Shown here: positions 48,301 to 56,518 of the stretch, in pieces
How the letters are laid out: every line of letters starts with the position of its first letter
How positions within the stretch are numbered: the first letter of the stretch is position 1
The notes under the pieces: generated by a model
Told to the model about the DNA's origin: nothing
The model's input: the letters and a program-made list of their open reading frames with translations, nothing else
Database searches by the model: none
Assembly: GCA_964244895.1 (NCBI GenBank)
Contig: CAXTKV010000001.1
Coordinates: 810-64,809 of the forward strand
DNA length: 64,000 bases
Origin: an uncultured Deinococcales bacterium
Lineage (GTDB): Bacteria > Deinococcota > Deinococci > Deinococcales > JAAFIG01
Direction: 5' to 3'
Translations under genes and position numbers: made by a program

Positions 48301-48674
48301 GCGCCGAGCGATGGAAGGAGCGCGTGCAACCGCGCGACGAGTTGCGCGAACGACACGGGCTTATCGAAGTAATCCTGTGCGCCCAACGCGAGACCCTCCG
48401 CGCGGTCGCCATCTCGGCCCGTCAAAAAGATCACCGGGATGGTCGCACCGGCGGCGCGAATCCGGCGCAGGGCTTCCGGGCCATCCATGCCGGGCATCAT
48501 CCAGTCGAGGATCATCAAGTCGGGTTTGGTGGTGCGGGTCAGTTCGACTGCGGTCTGGCCCGAATCGGCCTCAATTACGCTGTACCCCTCGAGTTTCAGG
48601 CCACGACGCAAGAAGTTGCGGATGCCTGGGTCGTCGTCAGCGACCAGGATGCGAAACTCAGGCAACGGCAACAC
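48282..48674 (-). CDS. Stand-alone response regulator receiver protein
   Basis: Motifs are ILVADDDPGIRNFL.., LMILDWMMPGMDG and YFDKPV. It is convergent with the hybrid kinase. Confidence 0.85.
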   Translation of the reverse strand: MLPLPEFRILVADDDPGIRNFLRRGLKLEGYSVIEADSGQTAVELTRTTKPDLMILDWMMPGMDGPEALRRIRAAGATIPVIFLTGRDGDRAEGLALGAQDYFDKPVSFAQLVARLHALLPSLGAIPTQC

Positions 48675-48844
48675 GCGCTTTCATGCCCCGAGCCTAAGTC
48701 TTTGGGCTGATGCCAGGCTGACGTATTCGGATGTTTTGGGTGCGGATCGAAACTGAGACCTGGCGCGTTTGAATGCCCCATGTGTTTTTCACCGAAGGCT
48801 CGAGGAACTCCAGACGACCACCCTGCCCAGCGGCGTTCTTCAGT

Positions 48845-48937
48845 CGTGCTGGACGGTGTTCTTGCCGCTTTGCAATCGAGAAAAGACCGTCCAGCACGCA
48901 GATTCTGAAATCTCGAGAAACGCGTGCTGGACGGTCT
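48845..48937. repeat. IR family cluster (solo arm plus one complete copy)
   Basis: CGTGCTGGACGGTGTT (48845-48860), then AAGACCGTCCAGCACGCagattctgaaatctcgagaaacGCGTGCTGGACGGTCTT (48883-48937). Confidence 0.8.
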
Positions 48938-49081
48938 TTGGCGGGAATCGATTTCAGAGGTAATTTGGGCGCATCTTGAAATCGATGGTTCAGAAAACAC
49001 CGTTGAGGACGCCATTGAACCCCAGGCGCTCAGATGCGCAGGAGTGTCGCCTGATGTGTACGAATTGAAACCAATAGCGGG

Positions 49082-49243
49082 ATGCGTTTATTGCTTCTCG
49101 AGGATGACAACGCCAGCCGTAAACTCCTGGCGGTCTCGATGCGCCGCTAGGGTTACGCCGTGGACGCGGTCGCTTCAGCCACGGAGGCGAGCGGTTTGAT
49201 TGCCGTTCATCCTTACGATGCGCTGTGCCTATGGTTTTACCGA
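49082..49243 (+). pseudogene. Remnant of an OmpR-type response regulator (N-terminal receiver fragment with in-frame stop)
   Basis: From ATG 49082 the translation is MRLLLLEDDNASRKLLAVSMRR*GYAVDAVASATEASGLIAVHPYDAL.., with TAG at 49148-49150. The receiver similarity ends near 49225 and the frame closes at 49244. Confidence 0.6.
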
Positions 49244-49265
49244 TGACGCTCGAGACCTCGAGGTG

Positions 49266-49805
49266 TCAGCGCACGCCGTGACTCGTGCGGTCCATCGCGC
49301 TCTTCGGGCAGACCACCAACGGGTTCCAGTTCGCGAACAGATCCAAGGGGTTGTACTGCCAGACCCACAGGTGAAGCGCGTAAAACGGTTGCGGCAGCAA
49401 GGTTGTGTTCAGCGAGAATTCTCGCCCCAGCAGTGCGGGTGCAGCCTTGTTGCCCGCATCGTGCCAGGCTTTTTGAAACACGAGGTACTCGAGGCCCACC
49501 AGCCGCAGTGTCCCGTCGGCTCGAGGTTCGTACATGAGCGCTTCTGGGCGCAGGGGATCGAGCTTGGGATCGTCCAGCAAGGCACTGTTGGTGTAATGCA
49601 TTCCTTGCGCGCCCTGCGGGCTGCTCATGCAATCCATGAACTTCGCGTAGCCCGCTTTGAGCGCGGCTTCGACGTTCTCGAAACGCGCCAGAGAAGCTCG
49701 AACCTGCGTCAGTTGCTCGAGCGTCGGCTGGGGCGCGTACTGCGCGATCGCCCACGCACCCAGCGCTGCCAACACGGTACCCGTCAGAAGGATCAATCTT
49801 TTCAC
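49266..49805 (-). CDS. Secreted hypothetical protein (179 aa)
   Basis: The signal peptide is MKRLILLTGTVLAALGAWA. No family recognised. Confidence 0.7.
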   Translation of the reverse strand: MKRLILLTGTVLAALGAWAIAQYAPQPTLEQLTQVRASLARFENVEAALKAGYAKFMDCMSSPQGAQGMHYTNSALLDDPKLDPLRPEALMYEPRADGTLRLVGLEYLVFQKAWHDAGNKAAPALLGREFSLNTTLLPQPFYALHLWVWQYNPLDLFANWNPLVVCPKSAMDRTSHGVR

Positions 49806-49814
49806 GGCGGTCTC

Positions 49815-50087
49815 CTATCGGTAGAAGTACGGGTCGAGCACGCTCACCAGCGTGATGCGATCCACCGGTAAGCCGTTGCGTTCGGCGGCCTGGCGGATGG
49901 CGTCAGGGTTGGGGCCGTCGTAGACACAAAAGGTTTTGCGGTGATCCTCTGTGACGTAGGAATGCAGCCAGGTCACGTTGACGGTGGCGTTCTTGTCAGC
50001 GATGCTCATGCAGCTCGCGGAACCTTCAGCGTTGAGGGGAATCTCGAGACCATCAAGGAACGTGCGCTCAACCAGGTAGCGGGGCAT
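49815..50087 (-). CDS. DUF4242-like small protein (90 aa)
   Basis: ORF 49815..50120. ATG 50087 follows GAGGAG. MPRYLVERTF..WLHSYVTEDHRKTFCVYDGPNPDAIRQAAERNGLPVDRI matches my recollection of DUF4242. Confidence 0.65.
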   Translation of the reverse strand: MPRYLVERTFLDGLEIPLNAEGSASCMSIADKNATVNVTWLHSYVTEDHRKTFCVYDGPNPDAIRQAAERNGLPVDRITLVSVLDPYFYR

Positions 50088-50158
50088 GGGTGATCTCCTC
50101 GTGTTGACGCTGCGCTGCACGGTTCGTTGGAACGATCTGCGGGCGCAGGACGCGGGTT

Positions 50159-50662
50159 TCAGGGTTGAATCCGGTGGTCACCTCGAACCAACCCGGTAAC
50201 CCGGCTCGGGCGCGGCTCGACGTTGACGCTCAGCTTGACCTGGCTGCTCGCGCCGCTGGAATTCGTCGCGGTGATGGTCAGTACCCTCAGGCCAGGACTG
50301 GAAAAGGTGAACGACCCGAGCGGCAGTTCACCGTCCAGGCTCGAGACGATATTCAACCTCAAGCGGTCGTTGTCTGCGTCACTGACGGCGTAGTGGCTTC
50401 TGGCGGGATCGTTCGGGCCGAGAAAGACGGTCGTGCCCAGCTCGATCTCGAGCGACGGCGCGAAAAGCGTGATCTTCGGGGGCGAGTCGTTCGCGGGCAT
50501 CCGCGAGCGACTCGGGTCGAAACGGTGTTCGGCGGGTGCATCCAGGATCGGCAGTTCCACCGCGTCCAACGTGAACCCACCCAGCACCCAGATGGCGCCG
50601 CAGCCGTTCAGCATCCCCGCGCCAACCAGCATCAGGGCGGTACGAAGGGCGAATCTGTTCAT
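50159..50662 (-). CDS. Lipoprotein with Ig/PKD-like C-terminal domain (167 aa)
   Basis: ORF 50159..50971. ATG 50662 follows GGAGGGAAA. The lipobox is GAGMLNGC. The C-terminal beta-rich segment is ..LRVLTITATNSSGASSQVKLSVNV. Confidence 0.7.
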   Translation of the reverse strand: MNRFALRTALMLVGAGMLNGCGAIWVLGGFTLDAVELPILDAPAEHRFDPSRSRMPANDSPPKITLFAPSLEIELGTTVFLGPNDPARSHYAVSDADNDRLRLNIVSSLDGELPLGSFTFSSPGLRVLTITATNSSGASSQVKLSVNVEPRPSRVTGLVRGDHRIQP

Positions 50663-50720
50663 CGTGGTTTCCCTCCGATTCCTTGGATGCCGTTGCGGTT
50701 CTGGCCTTTTCTGGTTCCGG

Positions 50721-50775
50721 GAACATCGTCTGGGACGCGATTTTCCGTCCTCCGAAAAGACTGTGCTGGACGGTC
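50721..50775. repeat. IR family copy (degenerate)
   Basis: GAACATCGTCTGGGACGCgattttccgtcctccgaaaagactGTGCTGGACGGTCTC. Confidence 0.6.
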
Positions 50776-50992
50776 TCGCCAAAATTTCTCGGCTCGAGCA
50801 TTTGATCGAGCGCCAGGCTGAGGGGCGCGGGGACGACAGCACCGTGAGCCTCAAAATGTCGTCAATGCTGGTTCCTCGACAGACCTCGCCGGACGGTGTT
50901 TCTGAGCTTCTCGAGTGAGCCGCGCGAGGGGTGAACGGGTCGTGATTCAGACCCGCGACGTGTTCTGCCATCCTCTACCTGAAGGCGACGCG

Positions 50993-51394
50993 TCATTTGC
51001 CGACAAAGATGTCCGGCGCTGCACCCTTGGGCAACAAGTACGTCACGGCCACCGCCGCCTTGACGCTCCCGTGGTTGTGGGCCTCGTGGATCTGGCCAGT
51101 CGGTTCGTTCCAACTCTGGCCTGGCTTGTAAACCTTGCTGACCCCATCCTGAACCAGCGTGATCTCACCTTCGATCACCATCGCCACGACCGGCCCACCA
51201 TGCGAGTGCAGTGGGAAGACCGCACCGGGCGGGAAGTCCACCACGACCATCATGGCTTTGAAGTCTTTGGGCATGGTCAGGTTGTCGTAGGTTGCGGCCC
51301 AGCGGGCCGAAGGTGCGCTCTGGGTGGCGACGACCGTACCGAGTACGAGTGCCAGGGCGGTCAGAGCGATCGTGGCGCGTGTTGGCTTTTTCAT
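50993..51394 (-). CDS. Secreted cupin-domain protein (133 aa)
   Basis: ORF 50993..51562. ATG 51394 follows AAGGAG. A signal peptide is followed by cupin motifs FPPGAVFPLHSHGGPVVAMVIEGE and GQIHEAHNHG. Confidence 0.8.
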   Translation of the reverse strand: MKKPTRATIALTALALVLGTVVATQSAPSARWAATYDNLTMPKDFKAMMVVVDFPPGAVFPLHSHGGPVVAMVIEGEITLVQDGVSKVYKPGQSWNEPTGQIHEAHNHGSVKAAVAVTYLLPKGAAPDIFVGK

Positions 51395-51432
51395 ATCAAA
51401 CTCCTTCACGTTCATCAGGCGGACGCCGTGGT

Positions 51433-51792
51433 TCAGATGTGACCCGAACGCCCTGTTCGCGAGATTTCTTCCGGTTGCGCACCACAGGGCCGGTTCGGGT
51501 CCTGCTCGCGGATCGCGATCACTTCCGAGCCCTCGAATTCGCACCGGGATGGCTGGACGCACTCAGCCAAGGATTCAGCCAGGTCGGGAGCGCGGGTCGC
51601 GCCGCACACCGCGCGCTGCGGGTCAGGCGATCCACCGGTGATCTCGAGACTTTCGCCGTCCGCGATGAACGAACCGTCGATGCGTCCCGCACGATCCAGC
51701 TGCAACTCGAGCACACAATCGAGATCCCAGAGGCGAGCGAAGAAGCGCCCCGTGATGCTTGCGCTCGAGGTTTCTGGCCAGCGCTGCCGCAA
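51433..51792 (-). CDS. Hypothetical protein (weak call)
   Basis: This is the only ORF here with a protein-like composition. A sampled stretch has GC3 of about 75%. The overlapping ORF 51519..51881 is Arg/Ser-rich noise. No family recognised. Confidence 0.35.
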   Translation of the reverse strand: MRQRWPETSSASITGRFFARLWDLDCVLELQLDRAGRIDGSFIADGESLEITGGSPDPQRAVCGATRAPDLAESLAECVQPSRCEFEGSEVIAIREQDPNRPCGAQPEEISRTGRSGHI

Positions 51793-51938
51793 TGATCTCC
51801 GGGCGCTTTCATGACCCGTCTCCTTTCTGCCGAGTTCAACCGTCCGGCCCGATGCTCGAGCGCGAGGTCATGATGGGGCACGGCTGGTCAGCGCGCGGTT
51901 AGTGATTCGGACTTTTTTGAGCCGATAAACACAGCAAA

Positions 51939-51984
51939 AAGACCGTCTGGGACACGAAATAACGCCCGTGTCCCAGACGGTCTT
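51939..51984 (-). terminator. IR-family-related hairpin acting as terminator of the STAND gene
   Basis: Perfect 18-bp arms AAGACCGTCTGGGACACG / CGTGTCCCAGACGGTCTT with a 10-nt loop. The minus strand continues with TTTTT. It lies 20 nt beyond the stop at 52004. Confidence 0.7.
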
Positions 51985-52003
51985 CTGAAGCCAGGGCTGC
52001 CGC

Positions 52004-55000
52004 TCAGGTGATGGGCTGGTTCACCACGAAACCTTCCATCGTCTGAGGTAAGAACTCACCGATCTGCTCCAACCTCGAGCGTCCATCGCGAAACAATCGG
52101 CGCGCGCTTCGCGCATCGCCCGCAACCTCGAGCGCCTGAACGACCGAGCGCAGCGTATCGAGGTCGTAAGGTTCCATCTCGCACAGGATCGCGCCGATCC
52201 GGGCGATTTCTCGAGGCTCGATTGGGTCGGACTTCTCGATGGCGGAGCGTAAACCGAGCGTCAACGCCTCGCGTACCTCCAGCCGCCAACCCTCGTGAAA
52301 CCCATCCAGGTACGCGCCGCGCCAGAGGCTCGAATCACCCGATTGCAGAACGTCTTCCGCGTCGCTTGAAACAGCCCCGAGTGCGTAACCGTTCGGTGTG
52401 CTGATGATGCTCTCCGCCCCGAGGCTCGATCGGATCATGTAGACCTGCTGTTTGAGGGAGTTTCTGGCCTCCGGTTCGGGCGCGTCCGAACCGAGCGCAT
52501 CGATCATTTCGAGCGCGCTCGCCTCACTCCGACCGGCGATCCGGGTTTCTAAGAGGTACGCCAGGATCTCGAGGCGCTTGCGGGCGCGCGTTGGCACGGG
52601 TTGACCGTCTCGCTCGAGCCTCACGGTGCCGAGAACCTCGAGTCGAACCGAAGGGCGGTCTTCCCGATAAGAATCAGAACCATTCGCGTCAGACGCGAGT
52701 TCGGGCCATTGCCTCTGCGCGGCGATAAGCGTCTCCATCAGCCCGCGCTCGCGGAACCACTCGAGCAGTTCCAGGCCACGCTGGCGATCTCGCACGAGTC
52801 GGGCGCAGGCGAGTTCAGCCTCGCGACGGTACTCGAGTACCTGCGTACTTTGGATCGCGTCCTTCCACCGACTGAGCGCTGCATCAATCTGAGCGTTCGC
52901 CTCGAGCGCCACCGCCAGAGCGACGTTGCAGGCGAAAGCGTCATCCTCAGAATTCAAGCCGAGGCCCCGCGCTTCCTGCGCCAGCGCGAGTGCCCGCGCA
53001 GGATCGCCAGCCCACGCCTCGACCCGTGCGGCGGCGGGGAGCGCCCCGCCGAGGCATCGAGGGTTGGCCAGTTCACGCGCGTGTTTGACGGCATCCCGTG
53101 AGAATTTCAGGGCGAGCGCACCACCGTGCGGTGGACGCCACTGGGCGTAGAGCAATCCAAGGCTCCACTCGGCGTTTGCCAGGGCGTGCGTGACCTCGAG
53201 GCGTGAGAGTGTCTCGTAGCCTTCGAGCATGATGGTTTCGGCCTCGGTGAATCGTCCCAGCCGCGCGAGGATCGACCCGAGGGCCGTCCGGGCGTTCGCC
53301 CCGTACTGATAGTTACCCGCCTGATCCATCAGTTCGATGGCCTCGTTGAGGCTCTTGATTGCGTCCTGGTACCGACCGAGCCGGGTGAGGTTAAACGCGC
53401 GGTTGTAGTGGCTGGAAGCCAGGTTGGCGCTCCGAGAGGCCACTCGAGCCAGGGCCAGACCCGAGTCGTGCAACCGCTGAGCTTCCTCGAGTTGACCCTG
53501 CTCGGATCGGATGAACCCGAGCATCCCCAAACTGATGGCGCGGTGGGTCGCAGAGAGGTCGATCGTCTCGAGGGCCTGAGCAATCAGGATCTCAGCGTTC
53601 TCAAAATCGCCCAGGTTGACGTAGACTTCCGCCGCATAAGAAATGTTTCGGGGGAACTCGACCAGTTCTGGATGGTCACGCCAGGTCTGTGACGCTTCGA
53701 CCGAGCGGTGGCTTCGCGTCTGGGCGCGAAACACGATGTTCACCCAGCGGGCTTCGGTTTGCTCGACCTCAGGCAATCCGGCGATCAGGGTTTTGACCTC
53801 CTCGACCTTGCCCATGATGGCGAACGCCATCGCCAGCCCGTACCGGGCGTCGCGGTTGCACGGTTGCGCCCCGAGCGCCAGTTGCAGGAGGCGCACGCGC
53901 TGGCGGTGCGAGTCACCCGGCTGAAGCCACTGAACAGCCTCGAGCGCCAAGCGCGAGCGTTCTTCGCCCGTCGAGCGCTCAGCGGCCAGGCCCAGCAGGT
54001 GCGCGGCGGCGTTCAGATCGCCCGCCTCGCGCAGTTGGCGTCCGACCCGTTCGAGCCGCATGACCACCTCCGAAGGCTCGAAGCCCGCGTCGTCAACATA
54101 GTCCGCCGCCTTCACCGGGTCAATCACCTCGAGTTCGCTCAGGGCCCGCGCAGCGTAACGAGTGCGTCGAGCCATCGGAATGTCGCGCCTGGTGATCTCG
54201 GCAAACAATGGGTGCGCGAACCGCGAGTTGTTCAGCACGCCGCCCTGCTCGAGCGCAGTCGCCGCGACCAGAAGCGGCTCGCGACCAATCCCTGCGACCT
54301 TCGCCCAGACCGCATGGAGCACCTCAGGTGCGAGTTCGCCCGGCAGAATGGCCCTCGCCTCGAGCGCCGCACGGGTTTCTGGGGTCTCGGTCAGACTCAA
54401 GGTCAATTGCGAGATGATCGCATCGACCGTGATCGGCATGAAGTCTTCGGGCGGTGCGCGCCAGTGCCAACGTTCGCCATCCGACCACATGAACCCTTGT
54501 CGGGTCAGGTACCGCAGGAACTCGAGCGCGAACAACGGGTTGCCGCGCGTGCGCCCGAACACCCACTCGGCTCCATCCTGTGGCGGTGCTGATTTCAGCT
54601 CCTGTTCCAGCACCGCCGACGTTTCCGCCATTGAAAGCGGCTCGAGCCGATGATTGTGGAACGGTTCAGGCAATTCGGCGCGACTCGTGACGAGCAGACC
54701 CACGCCGCGCGTGCGACGCACGGCCCAAGCGAGCGCTTCGATCACCTCGAAGCGCTCAGAATCGGCCTCGTGAACATCCTCGAGGTGCAGCACGAACGGG
54801 GCGAGCGCACCGAATACCGCAGCGAGCGTCGCCGCAAACGTGCCCGTTTCGAGCGGCTCGCCGCGCTCGAGCCGCGTGAGGTGCACCCGCGCCCAGGCGG
54901 GCAGGGCTGGGGCTTGCGGCAAGGCTGCCACGAACTGCGCGCTGCTCAGGGTCGCGTGCAACGCGAGGTGGCGGCACGGCACGCGCTCGAGGATCGCTTG

Positions 55001-55252
55001 GGCGGCGTGCGTCTTGCCGATGCCGGGTTCGCCCCAAATACCCAGGGCCACACCAATGCGCCGGGACACGACCGCGACCAGTTGCCGCGAGATGACCTCC
55101 TCGACTTCTCGCCTCACGCGCCATCCCCTCCGCCACGAACGGTTTGCTCGCAGAAGGCTCGTCCGGTCTTCTCGGACTTCTCCACCTTCAAAGTCGAGGG
55201 CAGCATTGGAGATGGAAAAAGCCCGTACCACACCTTGAACAGAATCTCTCAC
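52004..55252 (-). CDS. Large STAND-type ATPase regulator: AAA_16 ATPase - TPR array - C-terminal winged-helix + BTAD (SARP) module
   Basis: 1082 aa. Walker A is IWGEPGIGKTHAA and Walker B is PFVLHLEDVH. GRTRGNPLFALEFLRYL is a LAL/MalT-like signature. A long TPR region follows. The C-terminal LEVLGTVRLERDGQPVPTRARKRLEILAYLLE.. plus BTAD-like helices resemble the N-terminus of CDS 15454..17628. The exact start is uncertain. Confidence 0.85.
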   Translation of the reverse strand: MRDSVQGVVRAFSISNAALDFEGGEVREDRTSLLRANRSWRRGWRVRREVEEVISRQLVAVVSRRIGVALGIWGEPGIGKTHAAQAILERVPCRHLALHATLSSAQFVAALPQAPALPAWARVHLTRLERGEPLETGTFAATLAAVFGALAPFVLHLEDVHEADSERFEVIEALAWAVRRTRGVGLLVTSRAELPEPFHNHRLEPLSMAETSAVLEQELKSAPPQDGAEWVFGRTRGNPLFALEFLRYLTRQGFMWSDGERWHWRAPPEDFMPITVDAIISQLTLSLTETPETRAALEARAILPGELAPEVLHAVWAKVAGIGREPLLVAATALEQGGVLNNSRFAHPLFAEITRRDIPMARRTRYAARALSELEVIDPVKAADYVDDAGFEPSEVVMRLERVGRQLREAGDLNAAAHLLGLAAERSTGEERSRLALEAVQWLQPGDSHRQRVRLLQLALGAQPCNRDARYGLAMAFAIMGKVEEVKTLIAGLPEVEQTEARWVNIVFRAQTRSHRSVEASQTWRDHPELVEFPRNISYAAEVYVNLGDFENAEILIAQALETIDLSATHRAISLGMLGFIRSEQGQLEEAQRLHDSGLALARVASRSANLASSHYNRAFNLTRLGRYQDAIKSLNEAIELMDQAGNYQYGANARTALGSILARLGRFTEAETIMLEGYETLSRLEVTHALANAEWSLGLLYAQWRPPHGGALALKFSRDAVKHARELANPRCLGGALPAAARVEAWAGDPARALALAQEARGLGLNSEDDAFACNVALAVALEANAQIDAALSRWKDAIQSTQVLEYRREAELACARLVRDRQRGLELLEWFRERGLMETLIAAQRQWPELASDANGSDSYREDRPSVRLEVLGTVRLERDGQPVPTRARKRLEILAYLLETRIAGRSEASALEMIDALGSDAPEPEARNSLKQQVYMIRSSLGAESIISTPNGYALGAVSSDAEDVLQSGDSSLWRGAYLDGFHEGWRLEVREALTLGLRSAIEKSDPIEPREIARIGAILCEMEPYDLDTLRSVVQALEVAGDARSARRLFRDGRSRLEQIGEFLPQTMEGFVVNQPIT

Positions 55253-55952
55253 CCCTTATCAACGACCGGCTAGTAACGCGCCCTGAACCCGACCGGGTTC
55301 ACGATCATGCGCCCATCGTGCGTTTCGTATTGCCGCATTGAGGTCACCATCGGCACAGCGTTCAGGGAGCACGCGTTCAGGTGGCACGCGACCGATACCA
55401 ACCAAAGCACGCGACAAAGCGAGCGGGAAGAGACAAATGCTCTCACGGAGTCCAGAGCCGAAGCCTGAGATGTTAGCCCGAAACCGACGCGCACGATCAG
55501 GAACCCAGGGTTCCAAAACCGCCCTCGATCCGCTCGGCTCAGAGCAAGGCTCGAGTGCGCATTTCTTTGGACTGGCTCCACACCCCACATTGAGGGTTCA
55601 CGCTCACCGCGCAGTACGCATTGATGATTCGACATCGGTCAGCCCCGATTCTCTAAGCAATTCCGACTTTTGCTCGAAACCCATCGAGAACAGATACGGG
55701 CTTTTGATGGACTTTCGCGGCTTCAGCCTGGTGCGTCCGGGCGGTTATAGGTCAGGGCACTTTTAGAGTCAGTGGAAAATGGTTGAGGCGATCCGAAGAT
55801 TGATCGCAGATCCTCGTTTTGCATCGCTTGAGCTACGCTCACGAGAACGCTGTCCGGCACTGAAGTGAATATTGTTTCCTCCACCATCATTTCCCCTAGA
55901 TCCTGATTCGTGACAAAACTCCTGACAGCCGAGACCATCAGGAGCATGTATG

Positions 55953-55997
55953 TGGTCGGGGTGGCCAGATTTGAACTGACGACCACTTGACCCCCAG
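55953..55997 (-). other. tRNA-Pro-like 3' fragment (anticodon loop to CCA), candidate att site
   Basis: The minus strand reads CTGGGGG-TCAAG-TGGTC-GTCAG-TTCAAAT-CTGGC-CACCCCG-A-CCA. This gives a good T-arm, a 3' acceptor strand CACCCCG, discriminator A and CCA, as in bacterial tRNA-Pro. No matching 5' acceptor strand, D-arm or 5' anticodon stem lies upstream. Confidence 0.5.
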
Positions 55998-56115
55998 GCA
56001 GCCCTCGGGTGGTGTTCTATAGTGAGGTGTCGTGACGATTTGCTGTCCCTGACACAACCTACAGGACTCGAGCTGGCTTGGGCGTGACCTCAATTGCGGC
56101 GCCTTTTCCCAGGAT

Positions 56116-56139
56116 CTGCAGTCAAACCTGCGGTCAAAC
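56116..56139. repeat. 12-bp tandem direct repeat x2
   Basis: ctgcAgtcaaac ctgcGgtcaaac. It is flanked by the 13-nt direct repeat cctcaattgc(g/a)gc at 56088-56100 and 56199-56211. Confidence 0.8.
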
Positions 56140-56518
56140 AGAAATCCCATTGGGGCTGCCACGCTCGTAACAGACTTTGCCCCAGTGTTCGGCACACGTC
56201 CTCAATTGCAGCTTTGTTTGAGCTGAGGGCATCAGAGATCGACAGCGTGAACGCTGGACGCTGGCATAACAATCACAGCGTTTACGCGATTTCGCCGATG
56301 ATGTGCGATGTACCGTAGGAGACTCACTATTGTTAGCAGCAAGACGATAGTTTCCCCGTGTCTTGATTTCCTGCAACAAACGCAGGTTCGGTGAAACACC
56401 TGAGACATGGGAATCTTGGGCCGGATATCTCCGGCGCTCGCAGAACCTGATAGGCATGGCGCAAGTCGTCGTTGCACACAATGCGCCGAGTTAGAGCGCT
56501 ATTCTGAAAGCACCCACG

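Noticed and set aside
55953-56035. Full-length tRNA-Pro gene on the minus strand
   Set aside because: Only the 3' ~45 nt fold as a tRNA. The sequence where the 5' acceptor strand (CGGGGTG), D-arm and 5' anticodon stem should lie does not pair. It is called a fragment or att remnant instead.
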